Shown here in pieces: positions 51,099-60,061 of a stretch of 64,000 nucleotides of DNA (positions are counted from its first letter, which is position 1; each line of letters begins with the position of its first letter). A program made the position numbers and the translations under genes. Origin of the DNA: Alphaproteobacteria bacterium (GTDB lineage Bacteria; Pseudomonadota; Alphaproteobacteria; Bin95). The stretch is taken from assembly GCA_022825195.1 (NCBI GenBank), contig JAJDYL010000101.1, positions 7,740 to 71,739 on the forward strand. Reading direction: 5' to 3'. Below the pieces are notes generated by a model that ran no database searches, had not been told where the DNA came from, and saw only the letters and a list, made by a program, of their open reading frames with translations.

Positions 51099-52289
51099 AT
51101 GTCCGCCACGCTTCCTCTCGCCCATGTCAGGGTTCTCGATCTCACCCGCGCCCGCGCGGGGCCGACGGCCGTGCGCCAGCTCGCCGACTGGGGGGCGGAT
51201 GTGGTCAAGGTCGAGGCGCCGCCCGGCGAGGATGCGCGTTCGGTCGTGTCCGGCAGCCGCCACGGCTTCGACTTCCAGAACCTCCATCGCAACAAGCGGT
51301 CGATGACGCTCAATCTCAAGGCCGACAAGGGCCGCGAGATTTTCCTGGCGATGGCGAAGGACGCCGACGTGGTGGTCGAGAACTACCGGGCGGGCGTGAA
51401 ACACCGGCTCGGCATCGACTACGAGGCCGTGCGCGCCGTCAATCCGCGCATCGTCTATGGCTCGATCTCGGGCTTCGGCCAGTCGGGCCCCTACCGCGAC
51501 CGGCCGGGCGTGGACCAGATCGCGCAGGGCATGGGCGGTCTCATGTCGATCACCGGCCTGCCGGGGCAGGGGCCGGTCCGGGTCGGCATTCCGATCGCGG
51601 ACCTGACGGCCGGCCTTCACCTGGCGCAGGGCATCCTGCTGGCGCTTTACGAGCGCGAGCGCTCGGGCGAGGGGCAGTGGGTGCATACCTCGCTGCTGGA
51701 AGCGCAGATCATGATGCTGGACTTCCAGGCGGCGCGCTGGACGGTCTCCGGCGAGGTGGCGCCGCAGGCGGGCAACGACCACCCGACCTCGATCCCGACC
51801 GGCGTGTTCCCGACCTCGGACGGGCATATCAATATCGCCGCCTCCGGCAACACCATGTTCGAGCGGCTCTGCGGCGCGCTCGGCTGCCCGGAGCTCGTCT
51901 CCCATCCCGACTATGCCGACGACGGGAGCCGGTCGAAGAACCGCGCCGCGCTCAACAGGGTACTCGGCGAATACACGGCCAGGCGCCCGAGCGAGGAATG
52001 GGTCATCGTGCTGAACGAGGCGCGTGTGCCCTGCGGGCCGATCAACAGCATCGACAGGACGATGACCGACCCGCAGGTGCGCCATCTCGGCATCGAGAAG
52101 GTCATGGCCCACCCGGAACTCGGCGATGTCGGGGTCGTCGGCCAGGCGGCGACCCTCTCGCGCAGCGGCGGCCGGCCGGATGTCCGCCTCCACACCCCGG
52201 ACCAGGGCGAGCACACGGGCGAAGTGCTGGCCGCGCTCGGCTATGACGGCGCGGCGGTCGAGGCGCTCCGGGCGGACGGAGTGATTTAG
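51099..52289 (+). CDS. Family III CoA-transferase (CaiB/BaiF)
   Basis: VRVLDLTRARAGP...RNKRSMTLNLK and catalytic Asp region. Confidence 0.85.
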   Translation: MSATLPLAHVRVLDLTRARAGPTAVRQLADWGADVVKVEAPPGEDARSVVSGSRHGFDFQNLHRNKRSMTLNLKADKGREIFLAMAKDADVVVENYRAGVKHRLGIDYEAVRAVNPRIVYGSISGFGQSGPYRDRPGVDQIAQGMGGLMSITGLPGQGPVRVGIPIADLTAGLHLAQGILLALYERERSGEGQWVHTSLLEAQIMMLDFQAARWTVSGEVAPQAGNDHPTSIPTGVFPTSDGHINIAASGNTMFERLCGALGCPELVSHPDYADDGSRSKNRAALNRVLGEYTARRPSEEWVIVLNEARVPCGPINSIDRTMTDPQVRHLGIEKVMAHPELGDVGVVGQAATLSRSGGRPDVRLHTPDQGEHTGEVLAALGYDGAAVEALRADGVI

Positions 52290-52378
52290 CCGGGAACCCT
52301 CACGGGGGTCATAGTCCGGCGACGCCGCCCTCCGGGCCAGCCGGTCTTTTCCGATGCCCATGCCGGGAGGCGCACCCG

Positions 52379-53554
52379 ATGGACAAGCCGACCGACCCGA
52401 TTGGCAACTGGAGCTTCCCTGCTCCTATCCGCTTCGGCGCAGGCCGCATAAGCGAGCTTCCCCAAGCTTGCCTCGAACTCGGCATCCGCCGGCCCCTGCT
52501 GGTCACGGACCCCGGGCTGGCGGCGCTGCCCATGGTGGGCGAAGCGGTGGCGTCCTGCGCGCAGGCGGGCCTCGCATGCGCGGTGTTCTCGGACGTGCGC
52601 GCGAACCCGGTCGAGGCCAATGTCCATGACGGGGTGGCGGCGCTGCGGGACGGAGACCATGACGGCCTTGTCGCCTTCGGCGGCGGGAGCGCCCTCGATG
52701 TGGGGAAGGCGATCGGTTTCATGGCGGGTCAGTCGCGCCCTATCTGGGACTTCGAGGACCGCGAGGACTGGTGGACCCGGGCCGCCGAGGACGGAATGCT
52801 GCCGGTGGTCGCCGTTCCCACCACATCGGGCACGGGTTCGGAGACGGGGCGCGCCTCGGTCATCACCGACGCCCGCGCCGAACACACCAAGCGGATCATC
52901 TTCCATCCCCGGATGATGCCGGGCCGCGTGATCCTGGACCCCGAACTCACCGTGGGGCTTCCCGCCCACCTCACCGCGGCGGTCGGCATGGACGCGCTCT
53001 CCCACAGCCTCGAAGCCTATTCGAGCCCGGTCTTCCATCCGCTGGCGCAGGGAATTGCGCTCGAAGCCATGCGGCTCATCCGCGACGCGCTTCCCGCCGC
53101 GGTGAAGAACCCCTCCGACCTTGCCGCGCGGAGCCGCATGCAGGTGGCGGCCGCGATGGGCTCGACCGCCTTCCAGAAGGGGCTGGGCGCCATGCACGCC
53201 CTCAGCCACCCCTGCAGCTCGCTGCTCGACACCCACCATGGCCTGACGAACGCGGTGGTCATGCCCTATGTGCTCGTCTTCAACCGGCCGGCCGTCGAGA
53301 CGAAGATGGCGGCCCTCGCGCGCTACCTGGACCTGCCGGACCCGTCCTTCCCGGGCGTCCTCGACTGGATTCTTGCCCTGCGCGAGGAGATCGGGATTCC
53401 GCACACGCTCAAGGGCATCGGCGTGGACGCCTCGTTCGCAAGGCGCATGGCGCCGATGGCGGCGGCGGACCCGTCGGCTGCAACCAACCCGGTTCCTCTC
53501 GATACAGGCGCGTTGGAGCGCCTCTACCTTCGGGCGATCGACGGCGTGCTGTAG
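52379..53554 (+). CDS. Iron-containing (group III) alcohol dehydrogenase
   Basis: GGGSALDVGK NAD-binding motif and His-rich metal site (HSLEAYS...HALSHP). Confidence 0.85.
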   Translation: MDKPTDPIGNWSFPAPIRFGAGRISELPQACLELGIRRPLLVTDPGLAALPMVGEAVASCAQAGLACAVFSDVRANPVEANVHDGVAALRDGDHDGLVAFGGGSALDVGKAIGFMAGQSRPIWDFEDREDWWTRAAEDGMLPVVAVPTTSGTGSETGRASVITDARAEHTKRIIFHPRMMPGRVILDPELTVGLPAHLTAAVGMDALSHSLEAYSSPVFHPLAQGIALEAMRLIRDALPAAVKNPSDLAARSRMQVAAAMGSTAFQKGLGAMHALSHPCSSLLDTHHGLTNAVVMPYVLVFNRPAVETKMAALARYLDLPDPSFPGVLDWILALREEIGIPHTLKGIGVDASFARRMAPMAAADPSAATNPVPLDTGALERLYLRAIDGVL

Positions 53555-53562
53555 CCGGTCGG

Positions 53563-53614
53563 CCCTACCGCGTCGGGATGGGGTGGTCGCCGGAATAATC
53601 GTAGAAGTCGCGGC
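53563..53614. repeat. Direct repeat copy 1 (52 bp, 50/52 identical to 54653-54704): a duplicated 3' end of hbd
   Basis: ccctaccgcgtcgggatggggtggtcgccggaataatcgtagaagtcgcggc. Its reverse complement encodes ...DFYDYSGDHPIPTR*. Confidence 0.8.
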
Positions 53615-53740
53615 TGCGGCGGGAGACAGTATGCCGTTGCCGCTCCTGCGTCTCCTGTCTCTTGCTAAACGGGGGCATACGAGGCAAGCAGATTACGACG
53701 CTTCTGAGCATTGTTCTCCCGCCTAGACCACGGAGGCCGT

Positions 53741-53983
53741 ATGGCTGCCGCTACCTTCGACATCTTCGCCGCCGCCAAGGCGTTGCAGGATGCTGGCGTC
53801 GACAGGGAACAAGTGCAGTCGATAGCGGCGGCACTGGGTGAACGCGACCGGGATCAATTAGCGACAAAAGCAGACTTGGCAAACCTGCGTGCAGAACTGG
53901 TCGTCCGTCTATACGCTGTCGCTGCCGCGCTGGCTGCGGGGCTGGGCGGCCTCCTTGTGGCCGTACTGGACCGCCTGCCGTAA
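53741..53983 (+). CDS. DUF1640-like small coiled-coil protein with C-terminal TM segment
   Basis: MAAATFDIFAAAKALQDAGVDREQ...ATKADLANLRAEL...hydrophobic tail. Lies inside the AT-rich insert. Confidence 0.5.
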   Translation: MAAATFDIFAAAKALQDAGVDREQVQSIAAALGERDRDQLATKADLANLRAELVVRLYAVAAALAAGLGGLLVAVLDRLP

Positions 53984-54024
53984 CGACGACATTCGCTTGG
54001 AGTCCGGACTAGCAGAAGCACTCC

Positions 54025-54624
54025 TTACTCTTCATCTAGCTTTGTTGTGCCTGCGCAATTGCCGAGTTCCAGAATTACCTCATTATAGCTAACTTTGGTG
54101 TGTCTGAAGTGGCTGTTTATGCCCAATTGGAAGCTGGGACTGCTATCGCTACAATCAACAAGGGCATCGCCGTCAGTGAAAGCAAGTTCTCTGCAAACTC
54201 TATATGGATTGAATTTGTAATTGTCGACCTTTATACATGATGAAAACCAAGGTTTATACGGGCTACCAGGAAGATGTTTGTTGTGTAATTCTCGTTCTGA
54301 TTTTCGTAAAGCATGCTCAGAAGCACATCTTGAAAACATCGGATGTTCGCCATATTTATTATTCAGATACTTCAAAGCTTCATCCTCATCAAAAGAAAAT
54401 GGTATGTGTATCTTCGTTATAGTGAACTTTCTTTCCTTGTAGCCCTTTACACCCCATTTCTTGTTGAAAATATCATAATTAAAGTGCAATGATAAATCGG
54501 GCGCGCAAATGGTTGTAAAACCTTTAAGTGGACGATCTGTAACTTCCGCAGCCGATACTTGGTCGACAGACATAATCAGCAGTAAGCCCAAACTGAAACT
54601 TGTTACCCTGTTTCGAATGGGCAC
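54025..54624 (-). CDS. Secreted cysteine-containing hypothetical protein (signal peptide), very low GC
   Basis: 199 aa. Signal peptide LGLLLIMSVDQVSAAE, 8 Cys, no recognisable domain. Gene is about 40% GC in a roughly 68% GC genome. Confidence 0.5.
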   Translation of the reverse strand: MPIRNRVTSFSLGLLLIMSVDQVSAAEVTDRPLKGFTTICAPDLSLHFNYDIFNKKWGVKGYKERKFTITKIHIPFSFDEDEALKYLNNKYGEHPMFSRCASEHALRKSERELHNKHLPGSPYKPWFSSCIKVDNYKFNPYRVCRELAFTDGDALVDCSDSSPSFQLGINSHFRHTKVSYNEVILELGNCAGTTKLDEE

Positions 54625-54652
54625 GATTAAATGCTCTTTGGGCCGTCTGTCG

Positions 54653-54704
54653 CCCTACCGCGTCGGGATGGGGTGGTCGCCGGAATAGTCGTAGAAGCCG
54701 CGGC
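54653..54704. repeat. Direct repeat copy 2 (the authentic 3' end of hbd)
   Basis: ccctaccgcgtcgggatggggtggtcgccggaatagtcgtagaagccgcggc. Confidence 0.8.
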
Positions 54705-55548
54705 CGGCCTTGCGGCCGATCCAGCCGGCCTCGACATATTTCACCAGCAGCGGGCAGGGACGGTACTTGCTGTCGGCGAGCCCGTCATAGAGCACCTGCA
54801 TCACCGCGAGGCAGGTGTCCAGCCCGATGAAGTCCGCGAGCTCCAGCGGCCCCATCGGGTGGTTGGCGCCGAGGCGCATGCCGGTGTCGATGGCATCCAC
54901 CGAGCCCACGCCCTCATAGAGCGTATAGACGGCCTCGTTGATCATCGGCAGCAGGATGCGGTTGACGATGAAGGCCGGGAAGTCCTCCGCCGCCACCGGC
55001 GTCTTGCCGAGCGAGACGGCGAACTCCTTCACGTCCTCGAAGGTGTTGTCCCCGGTCGCGATGCCCCGGATCAGCTCGACCAGCGACATCATCGGCACCG
55101 GGTTCATGAAGTGCAGGCCGATGAACCGCTCCGGGCGGTCGGTCGTGGAAGCGAGCCGCGTGATCGAGATCGAGGAGGTGTTGGAGGCGACGATGGCGCC
55201 CTCGGCGAGATGCGGCAGCAGCGCCTTGAACACTTCGCGCTTCACCGCCTCGTTCTCCGTGGCGGCCTCGATCACGATGTCGCAGTCGCCGAAGCCGGCA
55301 TAATCGGTGCCGGCGTCGATGCGCGCCAGCGCGTCGGCCTTCGCGGCCTCGTCGAACAGGCCCCGGCGCAATTGCCGGTCCATGTTGCGGCCGATGACGG
55401 CGAGGCTCCGCTCCAGCGCCCGCTCCTCGATATCGACCAAGCGCACATCGAAGCCCGAAATCGCGGCCACATGCGCGATGCCGCTGCCCATCTGCCCGGC
55501 GCCGACGACGCCGACCGTGCGGATACGGCTATCCAGACCCTTCGGCAT
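54655..55548 (-). CDS. hbd: 3-hydroxybutyryl-CoA / 3-hydroxyacyl-CoA dehydrogenase
   Basis: VGVVGAGQMGSGIA Rossmann motif and NTSS catalytic block. An in-frame TTG at 55557 overlapping the etfA stop is an alternative start. Confidence 0.9.
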   Translation of the reverse strand: MPKGLDSRIRTVGVVGAGQMGSGIAHVAAISGFDVRLVDIEERALERSLAVIGRNMDRQLRRGLFDEAAKADALARIDAGTDYAGFGDCDIVIEAATENEAVKREVFKALLPHLAEGAIVASNTSSISITRLASTTDRPERFIGLHFMNPVPMMSLVELIRGIATGDNTFEDVKEFAVSLGKTPVAAEDFPAFIVNRILLPMINEAVYTLYEGVGSVDAIDTGMRLGANHPMGPLELADFIGLDTCLAVMQVLYDGLADSKYRPCPLLVKYVEAGWIGRKAGRGFYDYSGDHPIPTR

Positions 55549-55553
55549 GGCGG

Positions 55554-56507
55554 TCAATCGTTTTCCGCCTTGTATTCTTCGATCACGCCGGTGAGTTCCG
55601 GCACGGCCTTGAACAGGTCGGCGACGAGGCCGTAATCCGCGACCTGGAAGATCGGCGCTTCCTCGTCCTTGTTTATGGCGACGATCACCCTGCTGTCCTT
55701 CATGCCGGCGAGATGCTGGATGGCGCCCGAAATGCCGACCGCGATGTAGAGCTCCGGGGCGACGACCTTGCCGGTCTGCCCGACCTGGTAGTCGTTCGGC
55801 ACGTAGCCCGCATCGACCGCCGCGCGCGAGGCGCCGACCGCCGCGCCCAGCCGGTCGGCAAGGGCTTCCAGGATGTTGAAGTTCTCGCCGGAGCCCATGC
55901 CGCGCCCGCCGGAAACGACGATGCCGGCGGTGGTGAGTTCCGGGCGCTCGGACTTGGTGAGCTCGCGTCCGACGAAGCTGGAGAGCCCGACGCTGCCGGC
56001 GCCCGACGCCGCCTCGACCGGCGCGGAACCGCCCTCTGCGGGAGCCGCGTCGAACGCCGTCATGCGCACCGTGATGAGCTTGACGGGGTCGCCGGACTGC
56101 ACCTTCGCCATGGCGTTGCCCGCATAGATGGGGCGCACGAAAGTATCCGCGGAGACGACCTCCGTAATGTCCGAGATCTGCGCCACGTCCAGCAGCGCCG
56201 CGGCGCGGGGCAGGATGTTCTTGCCGTTCGCGGTCGCCGGCGCGAGCACATGGCTGTAGCTGCCGGAAAGATCGACCACCAGCTTCGCGACATTTTCCGC
56301 CAGCGCGTGTTCGTAGGCCGCGTCTTCGGCGACGAGGACCTTCGCGACGCCCGCGACCTGCGCGGCCGCCTCGGCGGCGGGGCCGCAGCCCTGGCCGGCG
56401 ACCAGCACATGCACGTCGGCATCGATCTCCGCCGCCGCGGCGACGGCGTTGCGCGTGGCCGCCTTCAAGGTGGCGTTGTCGTGTTCGGCAATGACGAGAA
56501 CGCTCAT
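55554..56507 (-). CDS. etfA: Electron transfer flavoprotein alpha subunit
   Basis: FAD-binding C-terminal domain ([19 protein letters not shown]). Confidence 0.9.
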   Translation of the reverse strand: MSVLVIAEHDNATLKAATRNAVAAAAEIDADVHVLVAGQGCGPAAEAAAQVAGVAKVLVAEDAAYEHALAENVAKLVVDLSGSYSHVLAPATANGKNILPRAAALLDVAQISDITEVVSADTFVRPIYAGNAMAKVQSGDPVKLITVRMTAFDAAPAEGGSAPVEAASGAGSVGLSSFVGRELTKSERPELTTAGIVVSGGRGMGSGENFNILEALADRLGAAVGASRAAVDAGYVPNDYQVGQTGKVVAPELYIAVGISGAIQHLAGMKDSRVIVAINKDEEAPIFQVADYGLVADLFKAVPELTGVIEEYKAEND

Positions 56508-56511
56508 GGGG

Positions 56512-57261
56512 TCAGATCACCTTCGCTTCGGTGGAGAGCTTCTGCACGAGTTCCTCGACGGTCTCGACCTTGACGCCGCCGGCGCGCTTCTCCGGCTCGC
56601 CGACATGCAGCACCTTGAGGCGCGGCGCGGTGTCCACGCCGAGGTCGGCCGGCTCCATGCGGTCGATGGGCTTGCGTTTCGCCTTCATGATGTTGGGCAG
56701 CGAGGCGTAGCGCGGCTCGTTCAGGCGCAGGTCCACCGTCACCACGGTCGGCAGCGTCACCTCGACCGTCTCCAGCCCGCCATCGACCTCGCGGGTGACG
56801 CGGGCCTTGCCGCCGTCTATCGCGACCTCGGAGGCGAAGGTCGCCTGCGACCAGCCGAGCAGCGCGGAGAGCATCTGGCCCGTCTGGTTGCAGTCGTCGT
56901 CGATGGCCTGCTTGCCGAGAATGACCATGCCCGGCTCTTCCTTCTCGCAGATCGCCTTCAGCATCTTGGCGACGGCGAGCGGCTCCACCTCGTCCTCGGT
57001 CACGACCAGGATGCCCCGGTCCGCGCCCATGGCGAGCGCGGTGCGGATGGTCTCCTGGCACTGCTGCACGCCGATGGAAACCGCGACGATCTCCTCGGCC
57101 GAACCGTTTTCCTTCATCCGGATGGCCTGTTCGACGGAGATTTCGTCGAACGGGTTCATCGACATCTTCACATTCCGGGTCTCGACGCCGGTGCCGTCCG
57201 GCTTCACCCGGATCTTCACATTGTAGTCGATGACGCGCTTTACGGGGACGAGGACCTTCAA
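56512..57261 (-). CDS. etfB: Electron transfer flavoprotein beta subunit
   Basis: [20 protein letters not shown]-terminus typical of EtfB. Confidence 0.9.
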   Translation of the reverse strand: MKVLVPVKRVIDYNVKIRVKPDGTGVETRNVKMSMNPFDEISVEQAIRMKENGSAEEIVAVSIGVQQCQETIRTALAMGADRGILVVTEDEVEPLAVAKMLKAICEKEEPGMVILGKQAIDDDCNQTGQMLSALLGWSQATFASEVAIDGGKARVTREVDGGLETVEVTLPTVVTVDLRLNEPRYASLPNIMKAKRKPIDRMEPADLGVDTAPRLKVLHVGEPEKRAGGVKVETVEELVQKLSTEAKVI

Positions 57262-57376
57262 GGGGACCTCCGCAGGCTCGGGTTGAAGGGCAAGGCGGCT
57301 TTTAGGGTTCGCGCGCCCGGCAAGTCAAGCCGTGCGGGCCTTTTTGCGGTGCAGCATTCCGCCGCGCCGCGGGGTG

Positions 57377-58240
57377 TCAGGCGCGGTCGGCGCCCGGCAT
57401 GTCCTCGGGCCAGATCGCAGGCGGCCCCGTGCCGGGCCAGCCGATCGGGCCGCCGGCCTTCATGGCGGAGTCCACCGGCGCGATGCGCTTGTCCCAGAGT
57501 GCGGCGATGATCCGCCGGCCGGTGAAGCCGTCGGAAATCTCGGAGGCAAGGAAGCGAACCGGCGGGGCCATGACCGCGGGGGAGAGCAGGGCGGTCCTGT
57601 CCGGCGCGCTCTCCTCCGTCACCATCGGCGTGTCGGTCGGCCCGCCGGGCGTGAGCACGTTGACGGTGATGCCGCTGCCCTCCAGTTCGCCGGCGAACTG
57701 GGACGACATCGCCTCCAGCGCGGCCTTCGAGGCGCCATAAGGAAAGAACCGCGGCCTGAGCATGGTGGAGAGCGAAGTGGTGACATTGACGATCCGGCCC
57801 CAGCCGCGCTCATGCATGAACGGGGAGGCGGCGCGCATGAAGGCGAAGGGCGCGGTGGCGTGGACGGCGACGAAACGCTGCCAGTCCTCGACCGAGACCT
57901 CGCCGAGCGCGGCGAGCGGGCGCAGATGGTAGTCGGGGCGCAAGGTGCTCATGCCGATGCCGGCATTGTTCACCAGCATGTCCAGCCGGCCGAAATGCTC
58001 CGCCGCGCGCCCGACCGCCTCCGCGCAGGCGTCCTCGTCGGTGAGGTCGAGCGCCAGCGGCAGCACCATGCCGTCGCCGTGCCGTTGCCAGAGCCGGTCG
58101 CTCAGCGCCTGCAGGCGCTCCTCGTCCCGGTCCACCAGCGCCAGCCGGTGCCCGTCGCCGGCCAGCGCCTCCGCCATGGCCGTACCGAGGCCGCCGGCCG
58201 CGCCGGTCAGCAGCACGGCCTTGGCGAAGGACGGAGTCAC
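57377..58240 (-). CDS. Short-chain dehydrogenase/reductase
   Basis: GTG start at VTPSFAKAVLLTGAAGGLG. The track ORF extends 33 codons upstream into the TauD gene. NNAG and YxxxK (YGASK) present. Confidence 0.75.
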   Translation of the reverse strand: MTPSFAKAVLLTGAAGGLGTAMAEALAGDGHRLALVDRDEERLQALSDRLWQRHGDGMVLPLALDLTDEDACAEAVGRAAEHFGRLDMLVNNAGIGMSTLRPDYHLRPLAALGEVSVEDWQRFVAVHATAPFAFMRAASPFMHERGWGRIVNVTTSLSTMLRPRFFPYGASKAALEAMSSQFAGELEGSGITVNVLTPGGPTDTPMVTEESAPDRTALLSPAVMAPPVRFLASEISDGFTGRRIIAALWDKRIAPVDSAMKAGGPIGWPGTGPPAIWPEDMPGADRA

Positions 58241-59085
58241 CGGGGGCGTTCCCCGTAGGAAATCGTGCGCAGCATCACCCGGCGCTCGTTGGGGTCGTAG
58301 TCGCCCGCGCCCCGGTGCATGGTGGCGCGCTCGTCCCACATCACCACGTCGCCATGGCTCCAGCGGTGGTGGTAGACGAACTCGTCCCGGGTGGCGTGGT
58401 CGAGCAGGTCGTTCAGCAGCGCCTCGCCCTCCTCGCCCTCGACCTCGACGAAGCCGAAGGTGTGGATGGCGTTGACATACAGCATCCTGCGCCCGCTCTC
58501 CGGATGCGTGCGCACCACCGGGTGATGCACCTCCGGCAGCGTTCCCTCCTGGTAGTCCTTCAGCGGAAGGGCGCCGGTGCCGCCGGGGCCGGCGCCGTAG
58601 AAATGCCGGCCCGTCAACCCGTCGATCCGCTCCCGCACCTCGTCGGGCAGCTTTTCATAGGCGCGGATCATGTTGCAGAAGACCGTGCCGCCGCCCTTCG
58701 ACGGGATTTCCCTGGCGTGCAGGATGGCGACCGCCGGCGGGCGTTCCTCGAAGGTGCCGTCGGAATGCCAGGTCGTGGCGCGCTTGTAGCCGGCGGGATC
58801 GAGCGAGCCGTCCTTGTTCACATTGGTGAGCCAGGAGACTTCCGGCACCTCCTCGTGCCGGTAATCGACCAGCACATGAAGCTGGAGCGGCCCGAAGCGC
58901 TTGCCCAGCGCCGCCAGGCTGTGCGCGTCGAGGTCCTGGTCGCGGAACACCAGCACCGGGTTCTGCCAGAAATGCTCCTTGATCTTGTCGAAGGTGCTCT
59001 CCGCCATCGGCGCCGCCAGGTCCACGCCGGCGACTTCCAGGCCGAGCGCGTTGCCGATGGGGCGGGTCGTGAGCTGCTGTGCCAT
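58237..59085 (-). CDS. TauD/TfdA-family Fe(II)/2-oxoglutarate-dependent dioxygenase
   Basis: HxD...H facial triad (WHSDGTF ... H) and family layout. Confidence 0.8.
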   Translation of the reverse strand: MAQQLTTRPIGNALGLEVAGVDLAAPMAESTFDKIKEHFWQNPVLVFRDQDLDAHSLAALGKRFGPLQLHVLVDYRHEEVPEVSWLTNVNKDGSLDPAGYKRATTWHSDGTFEERPPAVAILHAREIPSKGGGTVFCNMIRAYEKLPDEVRERIDGLTGRHFYGAGPGGTGALPLKDYQEGTLPEVHHPVVRTHPESGRRMLYVNAIHTFGFVEVEGEEGEALLNDLLDHATRDEFVYHHRWSHGDVVMWDERATMHRGAGDYDPNERRVMLRTISYGERPR

Positions 59086-59126
59086 GGTCCTGTCTCTGTG
59101 CTGTCTTTCGTTCCGGTTGCCGCGCC

Positions 59127-59984
59127 TCAGGCGAAGCCCGCCGACGCGCTCATCGCGATGGTCCCCTCCGGCGTCACCGCCCAGACCTCGCAGCCGCCTT
59201 CGTCCGTCGGCTTGCCGACCAGCCGCACCGGGCCGTCGATGAAGAGCGGCGCGCGCGCCCGCATGTCGAAGGAGGTCATGCGCCTCGGCGCCATGCAGTC
59301 GCGGGCGAAGTTCATCAGGTAGGACTGCGACAGCGGGCCGTGGACGACCAGCGCCGGGTAGCCCTCCACCTCCTTCGCCCAGACCGCGTCATAGTGGATG
59401 CGGTGGGCGTTGAAGGTGAGCGCGGAGAAGCGGAACAGCGTGACCTCGTCCGGGCGCTCTTCCGCCTCCCAGACGGTATCCTCCGGCGGGGCGGCGCGCT
59501 TCGGCGCCCGGTTGGCGGCGCCGGCGGGCGTCTCCTCCCGATAGACCGTGTCGCGCTGCTCGACGACGGCGAGGCCGCGCGGCGTGGAGATGCGGCTCTC
59601 GACGGTCGCGAAGGCGAGGCGGCCGGTGCTGCCCTCCTTGACCGTCAGGTCCACAAGCTCCGTCTCCCGGTGCAGCCGGTCTCCGATGCGGATGGGCTCG
59701 TGGAAGGCCAGGCGCGTGCCGGCGTACATGCGGCGCGGAAACGGCATTTCCGGGATCACGCCGGAGGAAGCGGGCGCGCCGTCCGGCCCCAGCTCCGCCT
59801 GCTCGAAGCGCGGCAGGAAGTAGAGCATGTGCCAGCCGGGCGGCACCGCGGCGCCGTCCTCCGGCTCCAGGTCGCGGCGCCCGAGGGTCTTCTGGAACAG
59901 CAGCACGGGGGCCGCCGTCGCGACATCGGCGTCCGATTGCCGGGTGCCGATATGGCTGCGGATATCCGCCAGATCGTCGGGCAT
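59127..59984 (-). CDS. MaoC/FAS1-like (hotdog) dehydratase family protein
   Basis: Double hotdog layout; C-terminal MaoC-like segment (LFRFSALTFNAHRIHYD). Confidence 0.65.
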   Translation of the reverse strand: MPDDLADIRSHIGTRQSDADVATAAPVLLFQKTLGRRDLEPEDGAAVPPGWHMLYFLPRFEQAELGPDGAPASSGVIPEMPFPRRMYAGTRLAFHEPIRIGDRLHRETELVDLTVKEGSTGRLAFATVESRISTPRGLAVVEQRDTVYREETPAGAANRAPKRAAPPEDTVWEAEERPDEVTLFRFSALTFNAHRIHYDAVWAKEVEGYPALVVHGPLSQSYLMNFARDCMAPRRMTSFDMRARAPLFIDGPVRLVGKPTDEGGCEVWAVTPEGTIAMSASAGFA

Positions 59985-60061
59985 GGGTCTCGTTTCCCCC
60001 GGGTCTCGTTTCCCGCAGCGACTGTATCACAGCGACCGCAGGGCGGGGAAAGCGCCGGCCG

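Noticed and set aside
50970-51328. Upstream 5' extension of the 427-aa ORF 50045-51328
   Set aside because: This part is antisense to the CoA-transferase gene's promoter and start region and has artefact-like composition. Only the 3' 609 nt (the toxin candidate) is supported, by the overlap coupling with the RHH gene.
54631-55635. 334-aa plus-strand ORF and the C-terminus of ORF 53268-53726 sharing the peptide ALPRRDGVVAGI(V/I)VE
   Set aside because: Both are antisense readings through the duplicated 52-bp hbd 3'-end repeat. The shared peptide reflects the DNA repeat, not a protein family.
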